A stretch of 64,000 bases of DNA from Neoechinorhynchus agilis. Its lineage: Eukaryota; Animalia; Acanthocephala. The notes beneath the pieces are model-generated. The model saw only the letters and a list, made by a program, of their open reading frames with translations, searched no databases and was not told where the DNA came from. The translations under genes were made by a program, and so were the position numbers. Shown in pieces: positions 26,960-38,173 of this stretch (positions are counted from its first letter, which is position 1; each line of letters opens with the position of its first letter). The stretch is taken from positions 2,407,561 to 2,471,560 of the forward strand of contig CM121341.1 in the NCBI GenBank assembly GCA_051530055.1. The letters are read 5' to 3'.

Positions 26960-27420
26960 TGACGTTGCCAGTATACTGGCAGCGTTATCCCGCTGTATCG
27001 CGATTCGTTGAGCGAGGAAATTTCTCGAGCGCGGTTTCCCCGTCATCCTTTTCGTCCCAATTCGTCGAGGAGAGTGAGCGCTGATGGTCCCAAGACTCCA
27101 TACGTTTCCACGGCGAAAGGGACGAAATGGTAATTCCTTTGGAGCTCTCTATATTTTGTACGTTTTCGGACCTCAGCTACGACCGCTGAACCTCCAGGGC
27201 TCTTTTTTTTGTAAACTGAAAATTACTGGGGGCAAGCGTGTCCACACAAGTCGCATCCCATAAAAGCGGTTTTCCCTCCCGCCATGGAAAAACCGTGACA
27301 CCGTCAGGTCGCTTGCTGTCTAGGCGGCACAAGTTACTTGGCTCTAGAATATTGGGCACGTGGACGGAATCTATGGATTTACTCAAAATTGAGTAATTTT
27401 TAAATAAAACCTGACCGGAT
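26960..27420 (-). mobile_element. 3' fragment of a CRE-like non-LTR retrotransposon
   Basis: LEPSNLCRLDSKRPDGVTVFPWREGKPLLWDATCVDTLAPS. Downstream FVPFAVETYG...FLAQRIAIQRDNAASIL. Confidence 0.82.
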
Positions 27421-27994
27421 ATTCTCAAACGAACGGACACGGGGCAAGCGTGAGCTCTTTTTTCTCGAGATTTATTTACATGCAAATTTTCGAGGCCTCA
27501 ACCTCCTTATCAAGCGTTGTTTACACGTTTTTTTCAACTGTGAATATCAGGTTGAGTCCTCGAAAATTTGCATGTAAATAAATCTCGAGCAGGGAAAAAA
27601 TCGAAGTATATAGCGAAAATGAAATGCAACCCTCGAAGGAAAAACTCGATCGAATAGCTCGATTTTTATTCATTTGGGTTAAATATGTCCAAAACGTTTA
27701 GTTTTCTTGCTTTATTGAGGTTAGACCTAACATTTCTTGAAACGATTTGTAAACATTCAAATTTTCGAGGCCTCAACCTGATATTCACAGTTATTCTAAA
27801 AATACGTTACAAACGTTTTACGTTTTCCGCATTCCATTTACAAATAAAATTCTAAGATTGAGTTCAATGTTAACTAAAGATGACAAAAACCTTAAAAATC
27901 AAGAAAATGAGACCGCATAGAGAATAGTATTAACCTTTTACAATGGTAACCATGGCAACAGCTTCTTAAATGACTCTTTAAAAACGCCTAAGCC

Positions 27995-28333
27995 ATGTAT
28001 TGGCTATCACTTCTTACTTTGGTTCTGATTTCATTCTTGGACACAAAAGGTATTGTTAATCAAAGAAGAAGTTTAATCGACCGAAAAATCTCAAATCATG
28101 AAATACAGATTGTGCTAGAGATGAACAACACGACAGTGCTACTGCCAATTGAACACAATTTTCAACTGTTGTCTGGCGATCTGAAGAATCAAGCGAAACG
28201 CCTGTACCGATCACACGACCGAGCGATCGCTGTGATCATGGTTATTGGCATCGTTGTTCTAGGATATTCTTTGTTTCTCTATAAACAGTATCAAGTGAGA
28301 GAAGTGCATTATGTACCGCTGAGGCGAGCATAA
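27995..28333 (+). CDS. Small (112 aa) putative type I membrane protein
   Basis: ATG start, hydrophobic N-terminus (MYWLSLLTLVLISFL), a second hydrophobic helix (AIAVIMVIGIVVLGYSLFLY) and a short tail with YVPL. Confidence 0.6.
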   Translation: MYWLSLLTLVLISFLDTKGIVNQRRSLIDRKISNHEIQIVLEMNNTTVLLPIEHNFQLLSGDLKNQAKRLYRSHDRAIAVIMVIGIVVLGYSLFLYKQYQVREVHYVPLRRA

Positions 28334-28358
28334 ATTCTGTAGAAAAAAAGATTTATTT

Positions 28359-29993
28359 TTAATCGTCTATGGCTAATTCGTTGAATTCATTTTGCAGCTT
28401 TTCAAGATCTTCATCTCGAAGGTCTCTTTTTTGTGCTTGTAGACCGTCGTCCACTAATTCTCCGCCTGACACAATTTCAATTCCTATCAATCAAAAGTTT
28501 TTTGATACACAAAGTCCAAAAAGGTAGGACAAAACGAGTAATTACGTTGGACTTACCAAATTCATTACTTTCATGAATAACGTCTTCTTCTGACTTCTTT
28601 TCTGGCAAATAGTTCAATTCGAAGACGTGATCCTTGTGTTCCTTTTTGGAAATAGTTCTAATTTCTTACTAGGAGAGAATAAAGTAACCTTTTGTCGATC
28701 GACGCAGTAGATGTCATTGCAAGTTGGGTTCGGTTTAAGGTTCATCGATTGAAAATGGTCCGTTGCTCCACTATACGATATACAGGTTGATACTGTTCCG
28801 AACTGCAATAAGAACCTTTTCGATGTATTTTAATAGAGAAAGATAGCATAATGTTTGTATTTTATGACTCACTTCAATGCGTTCTGAACAAGTAGAGATG
28901 CTATTAGAGACATTGTGGTAGGGAGGGAAGCAGCACATACACCGTCCCTTTTAAGAGACCGTTCATCAATTCCACTCGCTATCACTAATGGCGGCACGCA
29001 TGCAAAACAAGCCGTAAATCCGGGAATAATGATCTGTATGTGTCCATCAATACCCGTCTCACTGACTCCAGATTCCATCCAAATCATATTTATAAAGTTG
29101 CATGCCTTTTGCAAAAAATTAACAAGTCTTTACAATAAGAGCTAAAATTAATACTTTATTTATAGTAAGTCTTGCTTCGTAATTATCAACACAGCTTAGA
29201 ACCAAATCAACTCTGCCTTTTAATCCTCTAGTCCTTAGGTTCGACACAAATAAAGGATATTCATCGAGTGAACTTATGTTCATATCAAACACTTCAATTT
29301 GAACATCGGGATTTATCAATCTTAAATTTACTCGGAGAACAGATATGTTTTAAAGCTGCAAGAAGAGATCTACTATAAGCTTTTCTTATAGTAGATTCCA
29401 AAGTCTTAAAATACCTTAACTGTTGACTGGCGGCGTCGACCTTGGTCATATTAACGTGTTTAGGTTGGTAAAACATTCTGTTCATATTGGCCATTTCTAC
29501 TTTGTCATAATCAAAAAGTATAAGTTTACCAACACCACAACGGGTGAGCATCTCAGCAGCAGACGCACCAACGCCTCCAATCCCTACTATTGCGATGCTC
29601 AAATCTCGAACGCTCTAAATAGTGTAAGCAACATGTGAATTGGTCAAATTAAAAAAAACACCTCATAATCCATGACAATTCCCATTTTCTGTAACGCCAT
29701 TAGTCGACTAAATTAATACGATCCATTCAATCAGTGTTATTTTTGTCAGTGATAAACCTGTAAGGATTAGAATGGACGACTTCATCAGACATTTTAGTTA
29801 TTTTGGGTCTTGTTACTTCTTGAACTCTATTAGTAACATGTTCAATCGAACTTGATTGATCACTTTCAACATCTGAACCATCGTATTCATCTTCATTGGA
29901 ACAACTGTCGTCTTTATCAGACTCTTCAACACCTTTGCGCTCTTCAATTAGACGTTTGAGATTATTGTCAATTTGCATAAGTCTCTCCCGCAT
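28359..29993 (-). CDS. UBA5: UFM1-activating E1 enzyme, multi-exon; start codon uncertain
   Basis: Spliced exons give SNPYS|[106 protein letters not shown]|IEIVS. Stop at 28359-28361. Confidence 0.95.
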
Positions 29994-30199
29994 TTCTCTA
30001 ACACGTTCAACGATGACCTTTCAGCGAGATCATCGATCAACGATTAAGTTTCCTCAGTTGTATCAACGTGTTCTTGCTGGATTCGATATCACTCATGATG
30101 TGAGGGAAATAGGTAAACGATATCTGAAACCTGTTTAAAATGAAGTTTAATAAAAAACTATTGTAAGTTTCTTAACCTTATTATTGAATGCAACTAATC

Positions 30200-30400
30200 C
30201 GAAACTACCATTTTGTCCCCTTCCGTGTGGAAACGGCCTTGGGAGGGTCGGCACTGGCAATCGTGAAGGACTTGGGGAAACGAATCAATGCGGCGACTGG
30301 AGAGCCAAGATCGACTTCGTTCCTAGCCCAAAAAATAAGGATTGCGGGGCAATGCGGCCAGCATTTTTGGCCAGCGCCGATGAATAGGAGCGTTGATTAA
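30200..30400 (+). mobile_element. Short CRE-like RLE 3' fragment
   Basis: YHFVPFRVETALGGSALAIVKDLGKRINAATGEPRSTSFLAQKI. Confidence 0.75.
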
Positions 30401-31559
30401 CAAATTATAAAACTCCCCTAAAATGGACATCAATCACATGAAGAAACTTTTAACACTAATAAAATCCAAAGCTTTTCGTGCTAATAAATTCGGTTTAAAT
30501 CTCAAAAAAATTGAAATTTGACGAATTGAAAGCCTTCTTTGGAAATTAGAAAACATAATCGCATTTTAACTTGTGATGAACATAATCACTCGGTTCAAAA
30601 TCATTTTATTCTACTGAAATATTTCGACCGGGCGAGTATATTCACCACAAGTAAAAAAAATACCATCCCGATGGATTTTCTCTCGATGGGATAATCGTAT
30701 TTATGAAGATAAATGACAGTGACAAACCCGAGAAGAGAGATCGCATTAAAGACGAATGAATATTTAGACTGATTCAATCAGTCACCTAAACAACAAAACC
30801 ACCCGAATGTAATCCTCAATAAATGACAGAACTACACGAAACGTGGATTTATTGAAAATATTGATTTTTAAACTGTAAATTCATTGCGAAAATGTAGCAC
30901 ATCCAACATAAAAATCATTTCACAAAAAATATTATTTAGAAGAAAAATAAAGTATGACTGTTTTGTCTAAAGAACTTCTCAAATAAACAGTTTCGTAAAA
31001 TATATTGTCGTTATTTTAGCAATTTACGCGATTGAAATCGAACGTTTATTTTTGGCATCAATATTTCGGTATTTTATTCCTACTTCAACGTCCGGAAAAA
31101 AACCAAAATACATTTCGAAGAATGTATTTATTTTTAATTTGAAAAATATAAAATAAAATGTGTTTGACAAATTCTTGTCTTCAAATGTGATGTTTGTTCG
31201 GCAGCTTCCTTAATATTAATCGGTTTTTTATGTTTCCGCTTTAAAAAAAATAGCTTGGGAGATTGTACACTAATTGTCTCAATCGCATGTTTTCTTTTGC
31301 GATTTATCGTTATTTTAGCAATTTACGCCATTAAAACAAAATGTTTATTTTTGAAATCGATATTTCGGAGTTTTATTCCTTCTTCAGGGTCTTCTAAGAA
31401 ATACTTAAACAATTGTATCAAAGAATGAAATATTTCGTCCAATCGCACAGGTATTAATTTCTCCACTGCCACATACTCATGGAATTTATCTTTGACTTAA
31501 AAAATTGTGTGTTTATTTTAGACAAAAAAATTAACTGATCGAACATAATCATAAACGTC

Positions 31560-31760
31560 ATCCCGATTGCGGTGGAAACACTGGGATGCCTCGGAAAAGA
31601 AGCCGATTATTTCCTTTTTCGACTGGGAAAGATGCCACCGGCGACATGCGCTCCAGCAGCTTCCTTCTGCAGCGAATCAGCGCGGCGATCCAACGCGGCC
31701 ATCAACGAAGCTGCCGAACAATCATGACGACAGTTGCAGAATTGAACGAAAAGGAGGAAT
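31560..31760 (+). mobile_element. Short CRE-like RLE 3' fragment
   Basis: PIAVETLGCLG...DATGDMRSSSFLLQRISAAIQRG (frameshifted). Confidence 0.7.
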
Positions 31761-33504
31761 TTGTGAGCGAAAAGCAAAATGTAACGATTGAACGAATCTT
31801 CACTCAGAAATATCGAAATTCGTACTACAACAATTCCGATCGTATTAAAAAGAAGTGTGAAATTAGTCGTCTTCAAAAAACCCAATTTTGATAGCTTCCA
31901 ATTAATGTCAAAAAACGGTGACACCGAGTAAATACCATTTCAAAAATGTTTGAACATTGATGTAATTTATTGGATTCGATATTTCAAGTTTACGATTTAA
32001 CCTCAATGGGATTTTAAAAAATATCACCCATTTAAATCAATCAGAGAATTGCACTTCAATTCTTTAATATGTCCATGAGTTCTATTAATTTTACATGAGC
32101 AAACGACCTTTCTGTTGCTTCTCAGATCTCAAAAACATTAAAACGAAAGAAGCAGAAGTTGTTCAGAAAAAAAGAGCCGTTGAACAATTGAATTCGAATC
32201 TTGTCTAAAATAATCAACCAAGCGATTTCAGAATGAATATTACTTAAATGTATTCGGTCGATAAAAATCGTTTTCCGCTCATTTTGATTATCGTCTTCAT
32301 TACAATCGCCGACAATTTACCATCCAATTTTTTTAACAAATTAAACTTATTTTTTGCGAAGGAGAACAAAAACGTTGACATGAGTAATGGTCGTCTAAAA
32401 GATTTGGCACTTTTTAATTTGTATTATTGGTTGTTTTCTGCCTGAAGAAAAATTAAAATGATTTTATACTGCTGATTGGTTTTGGAGGCGTATAAGATAA
32501 TGTGCCGCCGAAATCAATCGGCAGTTTAAAATAAAATCATTTTAATCTTTGTGTATGGAAGTGGGGAAAAATTATATATCAAAGAATCGCTTTAATTGAA
32601 ATATTTTATAATTTTTCTCCACTTCCACATACTCATGGATTTTATCTTTAATCTTTCTTAAGGCAGAAAACAACCAAAATATGAACAATTCAATCTTCAA
32701 ACAATTTGTATTATATTTGATGTGAATTGTCAAATTTTGGGAAAAGAGACTTTCTTTTTCTTTCCAAAATTCACCGATGATTTATTTCCCCGATATTTCA
32801 CATCTCGGATAATTCCGACATTTCCTCACGGTTTGTCATCTCAAACACTCAAAACGTTATAGCTTTATCCTGTAGACTTCGTCAATTATCCACTAGAACC
32901 TCTGAGCTAGAGCACCACTGCCATTTAAAACTGATATTCCGACTTTATTACCTTCCATCGGTTGAACTGAGCAACCTTTTTCGAATGTTTTGTGTTTATA
33001 AAAAAAGAGAGTTTGTTCGAAACTTTGGATGATTGATTATATATTTGAACGGCAATCATTTAAACAAATCAACTTAAAGTAATTTTCATGTCCACTAAAA
33101 TGCTTTGGGAGAACCGCATGTTCTATATTCTTTTTTTTGAAATTTACTGTAAATTCAACTAAAACGTTTTTATTTCCGATTATCGTCTTTTATTTCTTTT
33201 AACATAATGCAAAAAAATCGATTTCAACTACGGTAAATACTTCAAAACGTAAGGACCGGACAAGAAAACTGTCAATCCGAATTCGATTGCGAAAAGCAAC
33301 TTTTGGCGACCTCTCGCCATTAAGGTCATTGATGCCGTCGGATCAAGCACAATAGAATTTTTAACCTTGATTCAAAAAGGGAATCGACGATAAAGATCTA
33401 TAGATTTAAAACGTTCATGTAACAAAAACAAATATCATTGTCCTCGGGGTGAATTTGAATGTGCGTTGGCGAATCCTGTCCCCGTCCTCCATTTTAGATA
33501 GAGA

Positions 33505-33540
33505 CTGAAGAGGCAAGGAAAACCTTGCGAAATATTTCTA
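33505..33540 (+). ncRNA. Minimal type I hammerhead-like motif inside a fold-back element (33463-33585)
   Basis: AGA-CTGAAGA-G-GCAAGG-aaaa-CCTTGC-GAAA-TATT-TCT: perfect 6-bp stem II, palindromic AATATT stem III, 3-bp stem I. Confidence 0.6.
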
Positions 33541-33730
33541 AAATAAATGAGTAACGAAAACACCGTGGACAGGATTCGCCAACGCGAAATAAAAAAACAA
33601 ATATGTTTTAATAAAGTCAATATTCGAGGTGTTCAAGTGTCAATTAAATCTTCAAAATATTAGTAATAATCACGATTGCAAATTCAAGACGTAATTGTAA
33701 GATTGTTCGCAAATGTTCGTATAGAAAAAG

Positions 33731-34587
33731 ATGTCACGGAGAAAGGCGCAAAAGACTACATATAATCGTAATTGCAAATTTATGGAATATTTCTTGTATG
33801 CCGAATCGAGTCTTTTGTAACTCAGTTTGTATTGGTGTCTCAATCAGTAGGAGAAACAGAGGTTAAATTGATGCGTCTCATTAGAAAACGTATTTGGAGA
33901 AGGTTGAAACCGGTTTAAAGTGTAATTTATAGAGTTCGATGATGGCAAAGGTAGCAGCATCATTTCACATTGGAGCCGTATAAAGGAAAGTGTCAAACGT
34001 CCGACGTATTGTCATTAATCCTTCTTATACGGACGACATTGAGAAAAGACGCAAGAGAATAATCTATCGTTGGTTGGAGATTGAGAATGTTTGCCTGTCT
34101 GGTCGTCGGATAATGGAACAAATAGGCCGAGAAGTACGTTACGGTTCATGACCTCCTCTTGTACCGGTGTGATTCATCCCTCTAAAAAGAACATGGAGGT
34201 CAATGAACCCCGTCCACGGGCTGTAAATCCGTATCTCTTCACACCTGCACCCTTCTTCGACTGTTTGCGGTATAGTCTCTTGACGTTGTCTTTTGTTTCC
34301 TCTAAGGAGTCTGATGTTGTAGGTGCCAATGCTATCATCAAAAGCAGTCGAGTACGATGTACAACCTTCGAGAAGGACAGTACAAAGAAACTTCTCATTC
34401 ACTATTAAAAGATCACATCCTTGCAATCATCAAGTGTTCAAATCATACAGGTAACTCTTCAATAAAAGACCTTGGAACGCATAAGAAGTGATATAGTTTT
34501 GTTAAAATACTGATTCTATTGAAATACCTCAGATTTTGTTTCCTTTTTTAAGTGCCTAGAATAACAGAACTTTTTAAAAAGCAATGA
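33731..34587 (+). CDS. Hypothetical multi-exon gene not resolved by the ORF track
   Basis: GT-AG introns 34134-34189 (56 nt) and 34270-34322 (53 nt) join open frames ...RWLEIENVCLSGRRIMEQIGRE|NMEVNEPRPRAVNPYLFTPAPFFDCLR|CQCYHQKQ...KCSNHT. First and last exons are uncertain. Confidence 0.35.
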
Positions 34588-35454
34588 AAACCAAAATTAA
34601 TGAACAAAATGTTATAAAGTAGTTTTATGTCTTCACTCGGTAAATATCTGCAAACCACTTAAAAGGTTCATTGTCAATTTGCTTACACATCGACATTTTG
34701 AAATGTTTTAAGCTAAAAATATAATTTTCGACAAAATATCCAAAATGTTTTCAAAAAAAACCCAAGCGTTTGTCGAGATTTTTATCAGCAAAAGCCGCGA
34801 ATGATAAAAATAATCGAACATCCTATCGAGAAAATCCATATCCGGATGGTAAATATTTACTTGTGGTGAACATAATCACCTGGTTCAAAATCATTTTACT
34901 GAAATATTTCGAAAGAGGGAACCTCGTCTTATTAATCGAACATATTTCGTCAAAAATATGAAGAGAATGTATGATAGAAATTGTCTCATGATGGGTTGAT
35001 TAGATTCTAAGATAGTCTCATTAATAAAATAAACATATCCTAATTCCATTAATATCACTTGAGATAAAGAAGAGGTACCAATCTGAGTGGAATCGGTAAG
35101 AGATGAAATATTTGAACTGTTTGGAAAACTATCGAGCATCTTTGTTTCATAAGAAACCTTCGGAACTAATCGATCATTAAACCGTACACATAAACAAGTT
35201 ATGTTAGTTATTTAGGGTTGCCGATTGGTGTATTTTCCTCGTGGGACATTTATCAACATACTTGTTATTCTCCGCACTCTTTATATCTTTTGAATAGCTA
35301 GTAAAGATTCGGAGAAATAGGTGGATTCGTGCGACAAATGAAAAAGTTAGTGCTTAATTCATCCGGATATCGATTTCAAAATTTGAAGCTTTAAACGGCA
35401 ACAGAGCGAGAAATAAATTTATATTTTCAATGTCAAAATAACTTTTTTTGAACT

Positions 35455-36640
35455 ATCGGTATGTTAGCAGGTACCGGGCTATATGATTAGAGAGAATTGT
35501 TGTTTAGAAGTCTTCATCCTGTAAATATTTTTTTATCGAAGCCGTTCTGCGAATCTCGTCGGGTTCATCATCAATTTGTTAGTCTGATGATGAACCCCTG
35601 GAGCTTCGAAATGTTTTTTTAATAAAAAATTGTTTACCGCGTGTAAACACTTCTAAACAACAATTCAGGAATCCACTTTTTCAGCTTTCGTAAATACATG
35701 TAAACAATGATCGAAAAAGTATTGCTCCGAAGTTTTAGTGCCTCAGAACAAATATTGTTCATTCAAAAACCGGAGCTCCATGGGATATTCGAAGTGAAAT
35801 TTGCCGGTATGTGAGCAGGAACCGGGCTATATGATTAGAGAGAATTGTTGTTTAGAAGTCTTCATCCTGTAAATATTTTTTTATCGAAGCCGTTCTGCGA
35901 ATCTCGTCGGGTTCATCATCAATTTGTTAGTCTGATGATGAACCCCTGGAGCTTCGAAATGTTTTTTAATAAAAAATTGTTTACCGCGTGTAAACACTTC
36001 TAAACAACAATTCAGGAATCCACTTTTTCAGCTTTCGTAAATACATGTAAACAATGATCGAAAAAGTATTGCTCCGAAGTTTTAGTGCCTCAGAACAAAT
36101 ATTGTTCATTCAAAAACCGGAGCTCCATGGGATATTCGAAGTGAAATTTGCCGGTATGTGAGCAGGAACCGGGCTATATGATTAGAGAGAATTGTTGTTT
36201 AGAAGTCTTCATCCTGTAAATATTTTTTATCGAAGCCGTTCTGCGAATCTCGTCGGGTTCATCATCAATTTGTTAGTCTGATGATGAACCCCTGGAGCTT
36301 CGAAATGTTTTTTTAATAAAAAATTGTTTACCGCGTGTAAACACTTCTAAACAACAATTCAGGAATCCACTTTTTCAGTTTTCGTAAATACATGTAAACA
36401 ATGATCGAAAAAGTATTGCTCCGAAGTTTTAGTGCCTCAGAACAAATATTGTTTATTCAAAAACCAGAGCTTTATGATTAGAGAGAATTATTGTTTAGAA
36501 GTCTTCATCCTGTAAATATTTTCTTATCGAAGATGTTCTGCGAACCTCGTAAAAGGTTCATTATCAGTTTAGCATCTTTTATTAATAACAAAGTGATACT
36601 GAACGAGAGGAGCTTAGAAACGTTTTTTTAATTGAACTGT
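35455..36640. repeat. Tandem array of ~348-bp units (3 full + 1 diverged partial), each containing a fold-back
   Basis: ACCGGGCTATATGATTAGAGAG at 35473, 35821 and 36168. Internal GGGTTCATCATCA-loop-TGATGATGAACCC and outer arms GAATTGTTGTTTAGAAGT/ACTTCTAAACAACAATTC. Confidence 0.9.
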
Positions 36641-36697
36641 TTTTATCGTATTTCGAGGAATAAAATCGTTTGTATCAGAAGCCGATCGCCGTTAAGC

Positions 36698-37319
36698 ATG
36701 AGACTTTTTGTTTTGTACCTTAATAATTGCGTTTTTGAAGTTAAAAAAATCACGATTTCCTAACCGTTGCTTCTTTAGGCAAGAGAGATCACCTATTGAG
36801 AGCACTGTTATTCATCCTCAACCTAAATTCGTATATCTCCGTGTATACAATCTTTTATCTGATGAACTTCCCCTACTTGACACTGTCCTTTCCCGATGTT
36901 GTCGAGTAGGCATCCATCATTCTTCGGTTCTTATTGGCGACAAAGAATGGTTCTTCTCGGATGGAATTCAATACCAACATCATCAATCACATCCCGGCCG
37001 GCTCATCTATTCTGCACCCATTGGCCAATGTACATTGACCGATATAGAAATCTACGATATCGTGAAAAAACTAAGATTAAAATATAACAGAGGATCCTAC
37101 CATATCATTCGAAGAAACTGCAACCATTTCACTGAAGATTTCCTAAACATAATCTGTGGTCAGCAACTGCCTAAATGGGTCACAAAAGCAGAAAGGCTCG
37201 TTCATTACATTCCAGGCTTAGTGAATATTATCAACAAGTACTCACAGACTACAGCACTCGGCCGAATTGACGACTCAAAATGCATGGAAAAGAGAGGAAC
37301 CAGTGTGAAATATGTTTAG
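36698..37319 (+). CDS. PPPDE/DeSI family deSUMOylase/deubiquitinase; probable intron 36715-36778
   Basis: VYLRVYNL, GIHHSSV..EWFFSDGI, YHIIRRNCNHFTEDF...LPKWV (His/Cys dyad motifs). An ATG at 36698 splices in frame. Confidence 0.88.
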
Positions 37320-37407
37320 AAAAGAATGAAGTCAATACTAAATTTGTTCTGGATTTTTGTTAAATCAATGGTATATTTTATGATCTTTTTTTAGCAAGCA
37401 ACAGCCA

Positions 37408-37508
37408 TCAATGCATCCTTCCTCGGCTTTTTAGTTTTTCCTTCTTGGCATGAGCCACACAGATCTCTTACATATGAAAAACTAAAAAGCCGAGGAAGGA
37501 TGCATTGA
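37408..37508. repeat. Perfect 33-bp-arm inverted repeat with a ~35-nt loop
   Basis: TCAATGCATCCTTCCTCGGCTTTTTAGTTTTTC pairs with GAAAAACTAAAAAGCCGAGGAAGGATGCATTGA. Confidence 0.85.
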
Positions 37509-37607
37509 AGGCTTAATTCCATCGCTTTTTCTAACGTTTTCAATTTCGGGGGCATTTAGACACGAAAAAACGAATTTTACAACGTCCTCCAAATCCCAAA
37601 GTTGGAC

Positions 37608-38173
37608 ACAAGTAACCTTCATTGGCAAAAGATTGTTCTTCTGAAATCAATCGGATTCAATAAATTGCTTACAATCTTCCGCCATATAAAAAATGGGCGA
37701 TTCAATGCTCAAATAGTAATTTATTGATTCCGATATTTCAGAAACACAATCTCATGATTTTATAAAGGCTGCTTGTAAGTTTTCTAGAGCTTAAATAGTA
37801 CAAAGCTAACAAGCAACCTTCATTGGCACAAGATTGTTCTTCTGAAATCAATCGGATTCAATAAATTGCTTACAATTTCCGCCATATAAAAAATGGACGA
37901 TTCAATGCTCAAAGAGTAATTTATTGATTCCGATATTTTAGAAGCACAATCTCATGATTTTATAAAGGCTGCTTGTTAGTATTCTAGAGCTTAAGTAGTA
38001 CAAAACTTACAAGCAACTTTTATTGGCACAAGATTGTTCTTCTAAAATCAATCGGATTCAATAAATTGCTTACAATCTTCCGCCGTCCAAAAAAACATGA
38101 ACAATTAAATGTTCAAATCGTAATTTATTGATTCCGATATTTTAGAAACACAATGTTATGAAAAAAGAACTGT
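37608..38173. repeat. Second locus of the ~201-bp fold-back array (~2.8 copies)
   Basis: Same unit as 15670-16735 and the same terminal sequence ACACAATGTTATGAAAAAAGAACTGTT. Confidence 0.9.
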
